A stretch of DNA of 64,000 nucleotides from an uncultured cyanobacterium (GCA_963719515.1 CAVRCJ010000003.1:480001-544000), one strand, 5' to 3'. Positions 32,155 through 45,038 are shown, counted from the first letter of the stretch. Made by a program: numbers and translations. The notes: a model not told the origin generated them from the sequence alone.

Positions 32155-32196
32155 TTACAAAAATGTTGCAGAAACTTTGCGAAAACTTTGCAGAAG
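32155..32196 (+). promoter_or_regulatory. Four phased 11-bp direct repeats (probable regulator array)
   Basis: TTACAAAA, TTGCAGAA, TTGCGAAA, TTGCAGAA starting at 32155, 32166, 32177, 32188. Confidence 0.55.
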
Positions 32197-32313
32197 ACTG
32201 TACCCAGACGATACCCTGAGCGCCCCGTGGTGGTGGAGCGCTCTGCAATATAGGGCATAACCTCTTATCCTAGATGGGTAGCTCAACTTTAAATTGAGGA
32301 GACCCCGATCGCT

Positions 32314-32982
32314 ATGACCGCCGCAAACGTAACTGCCGCAAGTCCCGCCACTGCAAACTCGGCCCGCGAGCTGTTTCGCTCGGCCTACGAAAACCGCTAC
32401 ACCTGGGACAGCAGCTTCCCGGGCTATACCGCAGACGTAACCTACAAGATGGGAGAGGCGATCTATGAAGGAAAGGTGCGCGTTAGCCCTGACCTGAAAG
32501 CTGAGGTTTCTGGTATTGAAGACGAGCAGGCCCATAAGGCGATCGCAGGACAGCTGTTTGAGATTGCTATTCACCGGGTGCGCCGCGATTTTGAAGACGT
32601 CCACGGCAAAAACACCTTTTCCTTCGGCGAAACCGGTGAGTCTGGGGCGAGGGAAATTCTGGTGAGCGGCAAGGGCGAGGGCGATCGCTACCAGCTAAAA
32701 GACAACGAAGTCACGATGGTCCATCGCCACATTCACGGCATCGTGGTCACCATCTACACCTTTAGCAGCCACGACACCGGGGAAGGCTATCTCTCCCACC
32801 GCTACGATTCGATCTACCACGATCCGAAGACGGGCGAGCAGAAGGGCGGCAAAAGCCTGTTCACCGATGAGTATGACAAGGTTGGGGACTACGTGATTCT
32901 CAGCCGCCGTCTGGTAGAAACTGAAGGCGAAGCCGCCCAAGATATCGTCTTCTCTAATATTCAGCTGCTTCCCGCTGAGTAA
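32314..32982 (+). CDS. DUF3386 family protein
   Basis: ARELFRSAYENRYTWDSSFPGY, IHRVRR.FE..HGKN. Confidence 0.88.
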   Translation: MTAANVTAASPATANSARELFRSAYENRYTWDSSFPGYTADVTYKMGEAIYEGKVRVSPDLKAEVSGIEDEQAHKAIAGQLFEIAIHRVRRDFEDVHGKNTFSFGETGESGAREILVSGKGEGDRYQLKDNEVTMVHRHIHGIVVTIYTFSSHDTGEGYLSHRYDSIYHDPKTGEQKGGKSLFTDEYDKVGDYVILSRRLVETEGEAAQDIVFSNIQLLPAE

Positions 32983-32985
32983 ACG

Positions 32986-33657
32986 GTGCAGCGCGCTACC
33001 TGGGCGATCGCCGCCGTTGCCTTGGCGCTGTGGCCCCAAGCCGCCGTGCCGGAAACGGCGGAAGAGTACCGGCTGCAGGGTCTAGACTATCGCAGCCAGG
33101 GCCGCTATGAGGAGGCGATCGCTTCCCTAGAGCAGTCTGTGGCTCGCGCGCCAGATCACCAAGGCGGGCGGGTAATCCTGGGCTGGACGCAGCACCTCGC
33201 GGGGGAATCGGAAACGGCGGCGCAGACCCTCACTGAGGCGTTCTACGCCGACCCGTTTGATGTATCCACTCTTAACGCTCTGGGTATCGTGCAGCTGGTA
33301 GAGGGTCATTTGGGTAAGGCCATCGCCAGCCATCTGTGGGCTGCCCACCTCAATCCCGATAACGAGGTGGCCCACTTCAATCTCAGTCTGGCCGCCCAGC
33401 GGCTAGACCTCCAGGACTGGGCCGTCGAAACCGCTGCCCGCGCCGCCCAGCTCGAACCCTACAATCCCCACCCGCTGATTGCAGAAGCCGTGGCGCTATG
33501 GAGTCAGGGCGATCGCCTCTTGGCGCAGCAGCGCTACCAAGACGCCCTGGCCCTGAGTCCACGCTACGGCACGGCAGATCTAGACTTCTACCTAGAGCAG
33601 GCGGCCTTTAGCCCAGAGCAGATTGCGATCGCCTATGCGATCGTTGATTCCCTGTAG
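32986..33657 (+). CDS. Exported TPR-repeat protein
   Basis: Signal peptide plus several TPR units. Confidence 0.8.
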   Translation: MQRATWAIAAVALALWPQAAVPETAEEYRLQGLDYRSQGRYEEAIASLEQSVARAPDHQGGRVILGWTQHLAGESETAAQTLTEAFYADPFDVSTLNALGIVQLVEGHLGKAIASHLWAAHLNPDNEVAHFNLSLAAQRLDLQDWAVETAARAAQLEPYNPHPLIAEAVALWSQGDRLLAQQRYQDALALSPRYGTADLDFYLEQAAFSPEQIAIAYAIVDSL

Positions 33658-33748
33658 ACCTGAAACATGCCGCGCCACGAAAGGTAGCGCTACCCTACGG
33701 CACTCCTCAATTTCTCTAACCCGCAGCTCATCAAGCGCGTAAACCTCA

Positions 33749-33880
33749 AGAGAACGTCTGAAGTATTCACAACTGCTCACAGATATCGTCGTTTGCAGGG
33801 GGGTTGGGGGAGACAATCCGTCCTCTAGCCAGGGGGTTTAGGGGCCAAGCCCCCAAGGCAGCCGATTTTCAGACAGCTTC
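33749..33880. mobile_element. MITE/REP-like dispersed repeat
   Basis: Imperfect terminal inverted repeats (GTCTGAA / TTCAGAC) around G-run hairpins such as TAGGGGCCAAGCCCCCAA. Confidence 0.5.
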
Positions 33881-34069
33881 AAACACCGTACGTTGCCCCA
33901 GCAACCGCGCCCGACAGCATTTCATGGCCCCTACCCCAAGTCAAATTGCAATCGCCTACACAACCTTCGAGTCACTGTAAAGTCTAAGCCAGAGCCCGAC
34001 ACTTCCCTAGCCAACTCTTTACAATAGGGGCTATTCATCTAGCGTTATCTCGTGAGGAGTCGTGCGTCT

Positions 34070-35974
<1,905 letters not shown>

Positions 35975-36131
35975 GCAGGGCAGCACCATGTCCAAGGCCA
36001 TTTCCTCGCGCTCTGCCAAGATGTTGCTGCTAAAGCTAGTTAGGGTCAATCGAGCCGAATTCCGTCGGAACTCTACCTAATGGGCAGGCCGAGACTCCCC
36101 GCTCCTTAGGGTAGGAAGGATGCCGACGCAG

Positions 36132-36833
36132 CTACAGTAAGCGCGCGTACTCAGTCTTAACGATGTTGTAGCATTCACAGCAGGCGGTTTTGAGCGCTTC
36201 TCGGTCTAAGATTTGAACCTGTCCTCGGCTATAGCGAATCAAGCCTGCCTGCTGCAGCCCCCCGGCAGCAGTAGTAACGCTGGCGCGCCGGGTTCCCAGC
36301 ATGCTGGATAGAAAAGCCTGGGTGAGATTGAGAGAGGAAGACTGGGTACAGTCTTGAGACTGTAGGAGCCAGCGGGCTAGTCGCGCTTCTGTCACATGAA
36401 ATCGGTTGCAGACTGCCGTTTGACTCACTTGGGTGATAAACGCTTGGGTATACAGCAGCAGCAGCTTTTGCAGTACCTTACCTTGGTCAAAGGCTTTTTT
36501 TAGCACCAGAGCATCAAGGGCGATCGCCTCTCCTGAAATCTGAACGATGGCGCGGCTGGAGCTGCATCCTCCTCCTAAATAGACGGGGTATCCCAGCATC
36601 CCGTCGTTGCCCACAACACCTGACTCAAGGGTAGTACCGCCTTTCACAATCTGGACCAGCGAGATCATCGCGTGGGTTGGGAAGTAGACGGTTGATATTG
36701 TTTCGGCTGGCTCGTGAAGAATTTGCCCCAACGATAAGTTCACGACTCTGAAATGGGGGGCAATCTGTAGATACTCCGCTTCTGGAAGTAATGCTAGCAG
36801 ACGGTTAGACTGACTCGCCTGTTGTAGATTCAA
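36132..36833 (-). CDS. Crp/Fnr family transcriptional regulator
   Basis: NRLLALLP, VYFP, CNRFH...RLARWLL, LTQ.FL..MLG.RRASVT HTH, CCECY tail; start uncertain (TTG 36833 with RBS; ORF open to 37079). Confidence 0.88.
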   Translation of the reverse strand: MNLQQASQSNRLLALLPEAEYLQIAPHFRVVNLSLGQILHEPAETISTVYFPTHAMISLVQIVKGGTTLESGVVGNDGMLGYPVYLGGGCSSSRAIVQISGEAIALDALVLKKAFDQGKVLQKLLLLYTQAFITQVSQTAVCNRFHVTEARLARWLLQSQDCTQSSSLNLTQAFLSSMLGTRRASVTTAAGGLQQAGLIRYSRGQVQILDREALKTACCECYNIVKTEYARLL

Positions 36834-37256
36834 GGATCCTCTCTTCGATATTGTGCTGAATGAACGTAAGAACTCTATGGCACTACCCTGTAGAGCTACG
36901 GTAACGTTCTGTAGAAACGGTTTGCTTCTGCTGGCCTTCAGGGCTACCGGTTTCGCTTCCGCATAAAGCCGGTAACATCGCTGTGATTGGGGCAACCGCT
37001 GGCTGGCCTCTTGAGTCCTGCGCTCGTGATGCTGAGTGAGCATATCACTGTAGCTCAATCCAGCTAATTGACGGCTCATCTTGGCCTACGAGCTGCTTGA
37101 AAATGTGCGCGTTCTTGAGATTAGGTCGTCTGCGAATTAGCTCAGTTTCGGAGCTGATGTAAAGCCAACCCCTGTGAGCTTAGAGAAAAGCGATCGCTCG
37201 CTGCGAGCGTGTCTTTGGGGATCAGGTCCTGCTTCCACCGTTAGTTGACGCAGTTC

Positions 37257-37283
37257 GTTAAGAAATTTAAGATTTGTTGCAAT
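37257..37283 (+). promoter_or_regulatory. Weak HLR1-like direct repeats upstream of apcD
   Basis: GTTAAGAA / TTTAAGAT-TT-GTTGCAAT. Confidence 0.35.
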
Positions 37284-37364
37284 CTTTCATCTTTCGCTTA
37301 TCGCGCCAAACCCGCTAAAATACGAGCGATAGCCGAATCATCACGATAAATAATTCCCATCATT

Positions 37365-37868
37365 ATGAGTGTAGTAAGCAACGTTATTTTGAATGCCGAC
37401 GATGAGCTTCGCTACCCCAGTAGTGGAGAGCTAGAGAGCATCAGGACTTTTCTGGGTACGGGTGAGCAGCGGATGCGGATCGCCTCTACCCTAGCCGAAA
37501 ATGAGAAAAAGATTGTCGAAGAGGCCAGCAAGCAGTTGTGGCAGCGTCGCCCCGATTTCATTGCTCCCGGTGGAAATGCCTACGGTCAGCGCGAGCGGGC
37601 CCTGTGCTTACGGGACTATGGCTGGTATCTTCGCCTGATCACCTACGGCGTCTTAGCAGGCGATAAAGGCCCTATCGAAAGCATCGGCCTAGTTGGCGTG
37701 CGCGAGATGTACAATTCTCTGGGCGTTCCGGTACCCGGTATGGTTGCGGCGATTGATTGCCTCAAGAAGGCGTCTCTTGGCCTTTTAGACGCTGACGACG
37801 TAGCTGCAGCAGAGCCTTACTTCGACTACATCATCCAGGGCATGGCAACATACAGCGTCATGAGCTAA
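37365..37868 (+). CDS. apcD: Allophycocyanin subunit alpha-B
   Basis: [48 protein letters not shown]. Confidence 0.95.
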   Translation: MSVVSNVILNADDELRYPSSGELESIRTFLGTGEQRMRIASTLAENEKKIVEEASKQLWQRRPDFIAPGGNAYGQRERALCLRDYGWYLRLITYGVLAGDKGPIESIGLVGVREMYNSLGVPVPGMVAAIDCLKKASLGLLDADDVAAAEPYFDYIIQGMATYSVMS

Positions 37869-38103
37869 ACGCTCCTACCGCATGAACTCGAGATCTTCTT
37901 CGAGATAGCAGCCCTAACCTAGCTACTCGCCAACTATTACGATCTTCGTTCCCCGCTGATACGGAAGCTTAGCGGCTATTTCGTTAAGTTTCTGACCGTT
38001 GGCGGGGAACGCTTGTATTATAGGGGTTACTTTGTGGCAGTGGGCGATCGCCCAAAATATCTCCTTGGACTGTCACACTTGGTACTCCCTTGAGGTAAAG
38101 GCT

Positions 38104-38733
38104 ATGCGTCTTGGCAAAGTAGTCAAGTCAAATTCTCACTGCGACTACGTCATTCAGCTCGATGACGACCTATCCACGTCCACTCCACCCGACGCGAATC
38201 AGTTTGGATTTGGCAGCTTCGTCAAGCTCGAAGACGCTGGGGACCGGGGCTTGGGGATGATCTCCGACCCTCGCCATTGGGCGGTTGGCGTTATCTACAA
38301 TACTCAGCTTTTTAACCCCAGCTTTAGCAACAGTGGTCCCAGGCTGTCCAGCGAGCCTGACCCGCTATTTACCCCTGACCAGGTTCACGAGGCGCGAACG
38401 CTGTTAGGCGTAGTGCTGATTGGAGCCCTGCAGCAGGAGAGCGATCGCCTTTATGGGGTACAGCGCATTCCCCGGATAGTTGTCCCCTTCAACACGACTG
38501 CTGCGCTGATGTCTTCAGAAGAAATCTACCGGTTTCACCGCGATCAATCCGATCAGCCTCAGTTCCGCTATTACATGCATCTGCTGCGCGGTGGCGGTCA
38601 CTTTGCCTCAGAGCTGATTCAACATATTCTCGATGGCCTGCAGACGTCTCCGTTTGCGCCCGATGAACGGCGGGCATTAGAGGTTCTACGCAAAGAACTT
38701 TCGTGGAAAATGGCGATGGGAGCCATGCAATAA
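38104..38733 (+). CDS. Conserved cyanobacterial protein (HAS-barrel-like)
   Basis: MRLGKVVKSNSHCDY, FGSFVKL, GVIYNTQLFNP..GPRLS. Confidence 0.7.
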   Translation: MRLGKVVKSNSHCDYVIQLDDDLSTSTPPDANQFGFGSFVKLEDAGDRGLGMISDPRHWAVGVIYNTQLFNPSFSNSGPRLSSEPDPLFTPDQVHEARTLLGVVLIGALQQESDRLYGVQRIPRIVVPFNTTAALMSSEEIYRFHRDQSDQPQFRYYMHLLRGGGHFASELIQHILDGLQTSPFAPDERRALEVLRKELSWKMAMGAMQ

Positions 38734-38800
38734 AAAAGCCGACACATACGTATCGGCCAGTCGTGTGTTCCCTGTTGATGACTCGGCTAGAGTTGAGTCA
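38732..38800 (-). terminator. Minus-strand hairpin plus intrinsic terminator (possible sRNA 3' end)
   Basis: Minus strand TGACTC..GAGTCA hairpin, then GCCGATAC-GTAT-GTGTCGGC-TTTTTT. Confidence 0.6.
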
Positions 38801-39100
38801 ATTAAAGTATCGTCCAATTCTGGAAGGACTCGTAGGATCGCGATCGTGCGGGTCGTGTGATATCGAACAGCTCAGTAAGTGATTTTAGTCACTCGTAAAG
38901 TTGCGGTGGCGTCCGTAGTCGCCACAGGTCTACCCAAGGGGCGACTCTCCCACCTGGCGCTTCGTGATAGCTTAAAGAGCACTGTAGAGTTGTATTTTCC
39001 ATGAAAGATAAAGACTATTCTTGGAAGGGAAGCCCCAACGCAGGACTCGTTCTTACCCTTCTGGCCCTAGCTGCCGGTGTCGCCCTGTTCCTCGCTGGAT

Positions 39101-39583
39101 TTAGCTAAGGCTACCCAAAACGCCTTTTTCAACCCGATATCCTGCCGACAAGGTTTGAACAAAATCCAGCAGGATTTGCCGGTGGGGTGTTCCTATGAGG
39201 CAAGAGCGGTTTGCCTTAGGCGAATGGCGCTCACCCGCCTGGACATCTGCGGGGGTAAATAGCCCTAGGTCCCATCCTTCCTGCAGCGTCAGCTGCTCTA
39301 TTTCCACAGCTAGAGGAGCGATGAAAATGTGGCGAATAGCTCGCTCACCCTGCTGGCAGGCAAAAGGAATGACGTAAGGGGGCCGGTAGGCAATCTCTTC
39401 TTCTAGCTCTCGGAAAAGGGCAGTCTCTGGAGTTTCCCCTGGATCGAGATGCCCCCCAAAAAATCCCCATTGGCCAGGGTAGAGGATTCCCGGAATATCG
39501 TCTCGGAGCTGGAGGAGAAACCGATCGCCTTGGGTAATGATGGCGATCGCCACTTCGGCGCGGACGTTGAGGGTTTGGGTCAT
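39101..39583 (-). CDS. NUDIX hydrolase
   Basis: LLQLRDD, GGHLDPGETPETALFRELEEEI Nudix box. Confidence 0.92.
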   Translation of the reverse strand: MTQTLNVRAEVAIAIITQGDRFLLQLRDDIPGILYPGQWGFFGGHLDPGETPETALFRELEEEIAYRPPYVIPFACQQGERAIRHIFIAPLAVEIEQLTLQEGWDLGLFTPADVQAGERHSPKANRSCLIGTPHRQILLDFVQTLSAGYRVEKGVLGSLS

Positions 39584-39586
39584 GGG

Positions 39587-41026
39587 TTAGGGCTGGACGG
39601 TCGCGTCAATTCCCTGCTCTGCCAGCTCGTTGACAAACTGCTCCGCTCGCGACTCCGACTCGAATGCGCCGAGCTGCACCTGTGCGCCACTGTCAGAATT
39701 GCGGAGGTAGGCCCCTGAAACTGCGTCTTGCGCTTCCTCTAGGCTGCGATCGCCCGTATAGGGGGCCACGACATGGTGATAGTCGCTAGCGGCAGGGGGT
39801 GGCGGGGTAGACGCGGCGGCTTGGGGGCTGGGCGGAGAGGCCGCAGGTTGTGGGCTAGCGGGCTGGATGGCGGCGGGCTGGGCAGGGGACGCCTGCGGGG
39901 TCGGGGGCACAGATTGGGGTGCGGATTGGGCCGCCGAGTCTTGAGGGGCTAAGTTCTGAGGCGTAGGCTCCTGAGCAGACTCTCGGGCAGATTCTTGAGG
40001 CGCAGCTTGAGGTATAGAGCGCTGCGGTTCCGGCCTTGGCGTAGCTTGAGGCTCTCGAGCAGCAGGGTTTGACGCAGCGGGAGCGATCGCGCTGTCAGGG
40101 GCCGCAGGGGCTATAGGCGCTGGCGGCAGGGCAGGAGATGGAGCAGGAGATGGGGCGACCGCACGCTGCGCGGGGCGAGCCGGAGCGGGGGGTGGCGCTA
40201 CTCGGACGGGGGGCAGCGCGGGGCCAAGAGGAACGACCGGAATAGCTGCGGGAACGTTGGGATTACTGTTGGAGCTAGCGGCGGCTGGATCTATCCCTGG
40301 GAGTTCCACGTCGTTTGGGGTCAGATCTGCGTCAGCGCCGTCAACAGTGGCTGAATCTATCGCCGGGGGTACCACGTCTTTGGAGCGAGCGTTGAACCTA
40401 GGGAGGCTAATCAGGCGGTTTAGGTCAAGCTTCGTAAACTCGCCTCCTGCTAGGTCAGGGGACAGCGGCGACAGCGGTTCACCCTCAGCGGCTTCGGATA
40501 CCGATTGGGTAGGATCTTGACGGGCCATCTGCGCCGACCGCGCGCTGAAGAAAATATAGGTCATCATCAGGGTAGACAGGCTGACTAGCAGCAGCAGTCC
40601 AACCCCCAAAGGGGTAAAGAGACTCGATAAAATTTGTCGGGGTCGAGGCTCTTCTTCCAAAGCGTCCAGACTTCTCAACAGATCTTCGGACGATTTTAGG
40701 TAAGTGTCTGGAGCTATCTGCGCTTCAGGGATTACTGTCCCCCAGGAGGCTTCACGTCCCGAACCGTCTGCCTGTGCTGCCAGCAGTCTGTCGTCTTCCA
40801 GCACCGTTATCGCAGCAGGCGCAATCGCCGCCGTCATTAATGACGGTGCCTCCCCAGTCGAGGGCGACTCTAAAGGCTTTCGGTACTGAGTCATCTGCTG
40901 ATAGCGGGCCAGTTCGTCCTCTAGCTCGAAATCCAAGCAGTCGACTGCGGCGCTCAGAACTGGATGAAGATCATGCCGACGCTCGGAGTCCGCGTGACGA
41001 GACGATGATGGGAGGGGTGTGATCAT
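39587..41026 (-). CDS. Membrane-anchored Pro/Ala-rich protein with C-terminal SPOR-like domain
   Basis: LD.ELEDELARY N-terminus, one TM, low-complexity linker, VQLGAFESESRAEQFVNEL. Confidence 0.8.
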   Translation of the reverse strand: MITPLPSSSRHADSERRHDLHPVLSAAVDCLDFELEDELARYQQMTQYRKPLESPSTGEAPSLMTAAIAPAAITVLEDDRLLAAQADGSGREASWGTVIPEAQIAPDTYLKSSEDLLRSLDALEEEPRPRQILSSLFTPLGVGLLLLVSLSTLMMTYIFFSARSAQMARQDPTQSVSEAAEGEPLSPLSPDLAGGEFTKLDLNRLISLPRFNARSKDVVPPAIDSATVDGADADLTPNDVELPGIDPAAASSNSNPNVPAAIPVVPLGPALPPVRVAPPPAPARPAQRAVAPSPAPSPALPPAPIAPAAPDSAIAPAASNPAAREPQATPRPEPQRSIPQAAPQESARESAQEPTPQNLAPQDSAAQSAPQSVPPTPQASPAQPAAIQPASPQPAASPPSPQAAASTPPPPAASDYHHVVAPYTGDRSLEEAQDAVSGAYLRNSDSGAQVQLGAFESESRAEQFVNELAEQGIDATVQP

Positions 41027-41229
41027 AGGGGGAAGTCTGGTCAGTAGGCAGCAAGCCGCTGTTCTCAACACAGCGTAACCATAGTGTCTATCATATTAGG
41101 GACTATGGCCGTGAAAAGACTGCTGCTAACTGTAAATTTTGCTGGACGCTGCAAAACCGGGGACAGCGGCATTCCCGAATTACCCTCACCGCAGCGATTC
41201 TTCTATGGCGCAGCATCATACCTCATTCT

Positions 41230-41772
41230 ATGGCATTCACCTCCCTCACCCAGCTCGTCAAAACCTTCGAGCGCCATCCCGCTCGGCGTCAGCAGCAGCA
41301 GTTTCAGCAGCTGCTAGGGGTCTGGGCCGAGGTCGTGGGGTCTGCCGTAGCGGCAAAGGCTTATCCCATCGCTCTGCGGCAGCAGCGGCTCGTGGTAGCT
41401 ACCGCTAACCCAGTGTGGGCGCAGACTTTAGCGTTTGAGCGCCACCACATTCTCAAAAAGCTTCTCCAAAGGTTTCCGGACTTGCCCTGCAAAGATATTC
41501 AGTTCTCTACCGCGCAGTGGCGCTCCCCGTCCAGCGAGTCCGTTGCCGCTCCAGCTCCGTGGAGGGACCACCCTTCACGGGTCAAGTCGTGCGCTACGCC
41601 GCCGAAAGCGTTGCCCAAAAGCGCCGCCGAGGCGTTTCAAGCCTGGGAAGTGGCGGTGCGATCGCGCTCCCAAGGGCTCCCAATCTGTCCGCGCTGCCGC
41701 TGCGCTACCCCCGCTGGCGAGCTAGAGCGCTGGTCGATGTGCTCTTTGTGCGTCGCTCAGACCTGGTCTTAG
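41230..41772 (+). CDS. DUF721/DciA family protein with Zn ribbon
   Basis: W.EVVG..VA, LVVAT..PVWAQTL, CPRC..C...GELERW..C..C. Confidence 0.85.
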   Translation: MAFTSLTQLVKTFERHPARRQQQQFQQLLGVWAEVVGSAVAAKAYPIALRQQRLVVATANPVWAQTLAFERHHILKKLLQRFPDLPCKDIQFSTAQWRSPSSESVAAPAPWRDHPSRVKSCATPPKALPKSAAEAFQAWEVAVRSRSQGLPICPRCRCATPAGELERWSMCSLCVAQTWS

Positions 41773-41841
41773 CGCTGGCGCAGCCCCTATTGTCCTGCTT
41801 CTGCTGCGATCGCTTTTTCCCAATCCGACCTTTTGGCGAAG

Positions 41842-42747
41842 CTAGCCTTGAACCCGGTCCTTGGGGCTGCCCGAGCTGGCACTCTTCTCAATAAACTCGA
41901 TAATTTTCCCTGACACATCTACCCCTGTCGCCGCCTCAATGCCTTCTAGCCCCGGAGAAGAGTTGACCTCCATGACTACAGGGCCATGGTTAGAGCGGAG
42001 AATATCGACCCCCGCCACCCGCAGCCCCATAGCTTTTGCCGCTCTCGTAGCGGTGCTGCGCTCCTCCGGCGTCAGCCGAATCTTTTCTGCTGAGCCGCCC
42101 CGATGGATGTTAGAGCGAAATTCACCGGGGGCTCCCTGGCGCTTCATGGAGGCGATGACCTTGTCCCCCACCACAAAGCAGCGAATGTCCATTCCCTTCG
42201 CCTCTTTGATGAATTCCTGCACTAGAATATTGGCGTCTAGGCCGCGAAACGCCTCGATTACGGATGTCGCCGCCTGGGTCGTCTCCGCCAGCACCACCCC
42301 AATGCCCTGGGTGCCCTCCAGCAGCTTGATCACCAGCGGCGCACCGCCCACCACCTCAATCAGCCCGTCGATGTCCTTCGTGGAGTGGGCGAAGCCCGTC
42401 ACCGGTAGGCCGATGCCTTTACGGGCTAAAAGCTGCAGGCAGCGCAGCTTATCGCGAGAGCGGGAGATAGCCTGAGACTCGTTCGTCGTGAACACATCCA
42501 TCATCTCAAACTGGCGCACTACGGCGGTGCCGTAGAAAGTCTTAGAGGCTCCGATGCGGGGGATAACCGCGTCGATATCTTTTAGAGGATTGCCTTGGTA
42601 AATCACCTGGGGATTATGGGAGGTGATGTTCATGTAGCAGCGTAGATAGTCGATTACCCTGATGCTGTGACCCCGAGCTTCTCCAGCTTCCTTAAGGCGA
42701 TTCGTTGAGTAGAGTGAGGCGTTGCGGGAAAGAATAGCAATTTTCAT
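41842..42747 (-). CDS. rimK: Ribosomal protein S6--L-glutamate ligase (ATP-grasp)
   Basis: [46 protein letters not shown]. Confidence 0.95.
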   Translation of the reverse strand: MKIAILSRNASLYSTNRLKEAGEARGHSIRVIDYLRCYMNITSHNPQVIYQGNPLKDIDAVIPRIGASKTFYGTAVVRQFEMMDVFTTNESQAISRSRDKLRCLQLLARKGIGLPVTGFAHSTKDIDGLIEVVGGAPLVIKLLEGTQGIGVVLAETTQAATSVIEAFRGLDANILVQEFIKEAKGMDIRCFVVGDKVIASMKRQGAPGEFRSNIHRGGSAEKIRLTPEERSTATRAAKAMGLRVAGVDILRSNHGPVVMEVNSSPGLEGIEAATGVDVSGKIIEFIEKSASSGSPKDRVQG

Positions 42748-43208
42748 GGCTTATGCCCTTTTGGCGGTTTAGCGGTTGACTGCAAAAACGATCGCCCGCT
42801 GTCAACTAGGAATCGGCTCCGTAGCGCCTCCCGGCCCAAAAGCATGCGAAAGGCCATGGCCTTTCGATGGGTCAGGGTGAGGTCAATATCCCAGGCTTGC
42901 TCATTGAGCACGACGGTGGTGCGAATTACGGGGCGCTGCTCGATTTGGCCATTGGAGCTGCGCACGGAGCGGTTTTCGACTAGGGGAGCCTGGGCGACGA
43001 CGGTGCGATCGCGATCGCCCTGGAACGGATGCACTTTGAAGCGCACCATTGGGGTCTCGCCTTCTTGGAAGGGCTCGACGTCAAAGGCATAGAGAGACGA
43101 GGTTTTTGCGCCCGTGTCCACTTTTGCCTTGATTGTTTCGATGCCTAATTTAGGCAGCGACAAGCGCTCGCGCCAGCCAATCGGTTTTAGAGCAGATTGG
43201 GACGTCAC
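42744..43208 (-). CDS. RimK-associated retropepsin-like protease (RimB-like)
   Basis: [28 protein letters not shown]; overlaps rimK start. Confidence 0.85.
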   Translation of the reverse strand: MTSQSALKPIGWRERLSLPKLGIETIKAKVDTGAKTSSLYAFDVEPFQEGETPMVRFKVHPFQGDRDRTVVAQAPLVENRSVRSSNGQIEQRPVIRTTVVLNEQAWDIDLTLTHRKAMAFRMLLGREALRSRFLVDSGRSFLQSTAKPPKGHKP

Positions 43209-43406
43209 GGTGATTACCTCGGTGCTGTGCCTGTCTAGGCTAACCCTACCGCCGCTGCGGTTGGCTCCAACGGCAGCTGGGCAGCCCACGAACAGGCAAA
43301 TACCACCAGCAATGTGCCAGTGGTATTCAGAACCTGCTGCTTCTTACAGGGTATGCCCGTGCGGCACAATAGACAATCTGTCTGGGGTTCAGCGATCGCC
43401 TCGGCG

Positions 43407-45038
43407 CTACTGCGGCTCGATGACGGGAGCGGCTGTGGCCGCAATGAGACCGTCGGGATGTTCTACTATCGCCACCTTATCTAAGGCAGGCCACAGCTGG
43501 GCCATCGGAGCCGTCTCCACCAGCGCCGGAACGGAGCTGCGCATAAGCTCAGTCAGCTGAATGGTTTTGGCGTCGTAGACCTGGGTCAAGATCTTAGGAT
43601 ATAGCCCGATGCCGATGATGGGCACCAGCAGAGAAGCAATGATAAATACCTCGCGGGGCTCAGCATCCACCAGCACCTCGTGGGAGGTCAGCTCTTTGTT
43701 CTCAGGTCCGTAGAAGATGTCCCGCAGCATTGTTAGCAGGTAGATGGGCGTCAGGATAACGCCGACAGCGGCCAGACAGACGATGATCACCCGGAAGGTG
43801 AGGCTGTAGGCGTCGCTAGTGGCAAAGCCCACGAATATCATCACCTCTGCCACAAAGCCGCTCATGCCGGGCAGCGCCAGCGACGCCAGCGAGCAGGTGG
43901 TGAACATGGCAAAGATGCGGGGCATCTTTTGACCAATACCGCCCATCTCCTTCAAAATCAGGGTGTGGGTGCGATCGTAGGTGGCCCCCACCAGGAAGAA
44001 CAGGCTGGCCCCGATGAGGCCGTGGGACACCATCTGCAGCACCGCGCCGCTGAGGGCTAGGTCGGTGAACGCTCCAATGCCGATGAGCACGAAGCCCATG
44101 TGAGAAATCGAAGAGTAGGCAATCTTGCGCTTCAGGTTGCCCTGGGCAAAAGACGTGAGGGCCGCGTAGATGATGTTGACCACGCCCAAAATAATCAGCA
44201 CTGGGGCGAAATAGGCGTGGGCATCGGGCAGCATCTCGATATTCATGCGGATCAAGGCGTAGCCCCCCATCTTCAGCAGGATGCCCGCCAGCAGCATATG
44301 CACCGGGGCCGTTGCCTCGCCGTGGGCATCGGGGAGCCAGGTATGCAGCGGAAAGATGGGCAGCTTGACGGCGTAGGCAATTAAGAATCCGGCATAGGCC
44401 AGCAGCTCAAACTTAAGCGGAAAATCCTTCTGCATCAGCGCCGTCATATCGAAGGTGACGGTGTCGCCGTAAAAAGCCATGGCCAGCGCCGCCACCAAGA
44501 TGAACAGCGAGCCACCTGCCGTGTAGAGGATGAACTTCGTGGCGGCGTACAGCCGCTTCTTGCCGCCCCAAATCGACAGCAGCAGATAGACCGGAATCAG
44601 CTCCAGCTCCCAAGCCAGGAAGAACAGCAGCAGATCCTGCACGGCAAATACCGCAATCTGCCCGCCGTACATCGCCAGCAGCAGAAAGAAGAACAGCCTC
44701 GGCTTCAGGGTCACCGGCCAAGAGGCTAGGGTAGCCAGCGTGGTGATAAAGCCGGTGAGCAGCACCAGCGGCATGGACAGTCCGTCCACCCCCACCGACC
44801 AGCTCAGCCCTAGCGCGGGCACCCAGTTATAGCGCTCCACCATCTGCAGCTCGGAGCTGCTGGGGTCATAGAAGTTATAAAACGCGTAGGCAATGATGCA
44901 AAAGTCGATCAGGCCAATGACTAGGGCATACCACCGGATGGTTTTGCCGTCTTTGTCGGGAATGAAGGGGATCAGCAAAGACGCCGCGATCGGAAAGAGA
45001 ATGATGGTCGATAGCCAGGGAAATTCAGCAGTAAGCAT
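43407..45038 (-). CDS. ndhD: NDH-1 subunit 4 (NdhD1)
   Basis: [40 protein letters not shown]; downstream of ndhF1. Confidence 0.95.
   Translation of the reverse strand: MLTAEFPWLSTIILFPIAASLLIPFIPDKDGKTIRWYALVIGLIDFCIIAYAFYNFYDPSSSELQMVERYNWVPALGLSWSVGVDGLSMPLVLLTGFITTLATLASWPVTLKPRLFFFLLLAMYGGQIAVFAVQDLLLFFLAWELELIPVYLLLSIWGGKKRLYAATKFILYTAGGSLFILVAALAMAFYGDTVTFDMTALMQKDFPLKFELLAYAGFLIAYAVKLPIFPLHTWLPDAHGEATAPVHMLLAGILLKMGGYALIRMNIEMLPDAHAYFAPVLIILGVVNIIYAALTSFAQGNLKRKIAYSSISHMGFVLIGIGAFTDLALSGAVLQMVSHGLIGASLFFLVGATYDRTHTLILKEMGGIGQKMPRIFAMFTTCSLASLALPGMSGFVAEVMIFVGFATSDAYSLTFRVIIVCLAAVGVILTPIYLLTMLRDIFYGPENKELTSHEVLVDAEPREVFIIASLLVPIIGIGLYPKILTQVYDAKTIQLTELMRSSVPALVETAPMAQLWPALDKVAIVEHPDGLIAATAAPVIEPQ

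Noticed and set aside
33660..34069. glmS ribozyme in the glmS leader
   Set aside because: No recognisable ribozyme core; the structure present looks like a dispersed repeat
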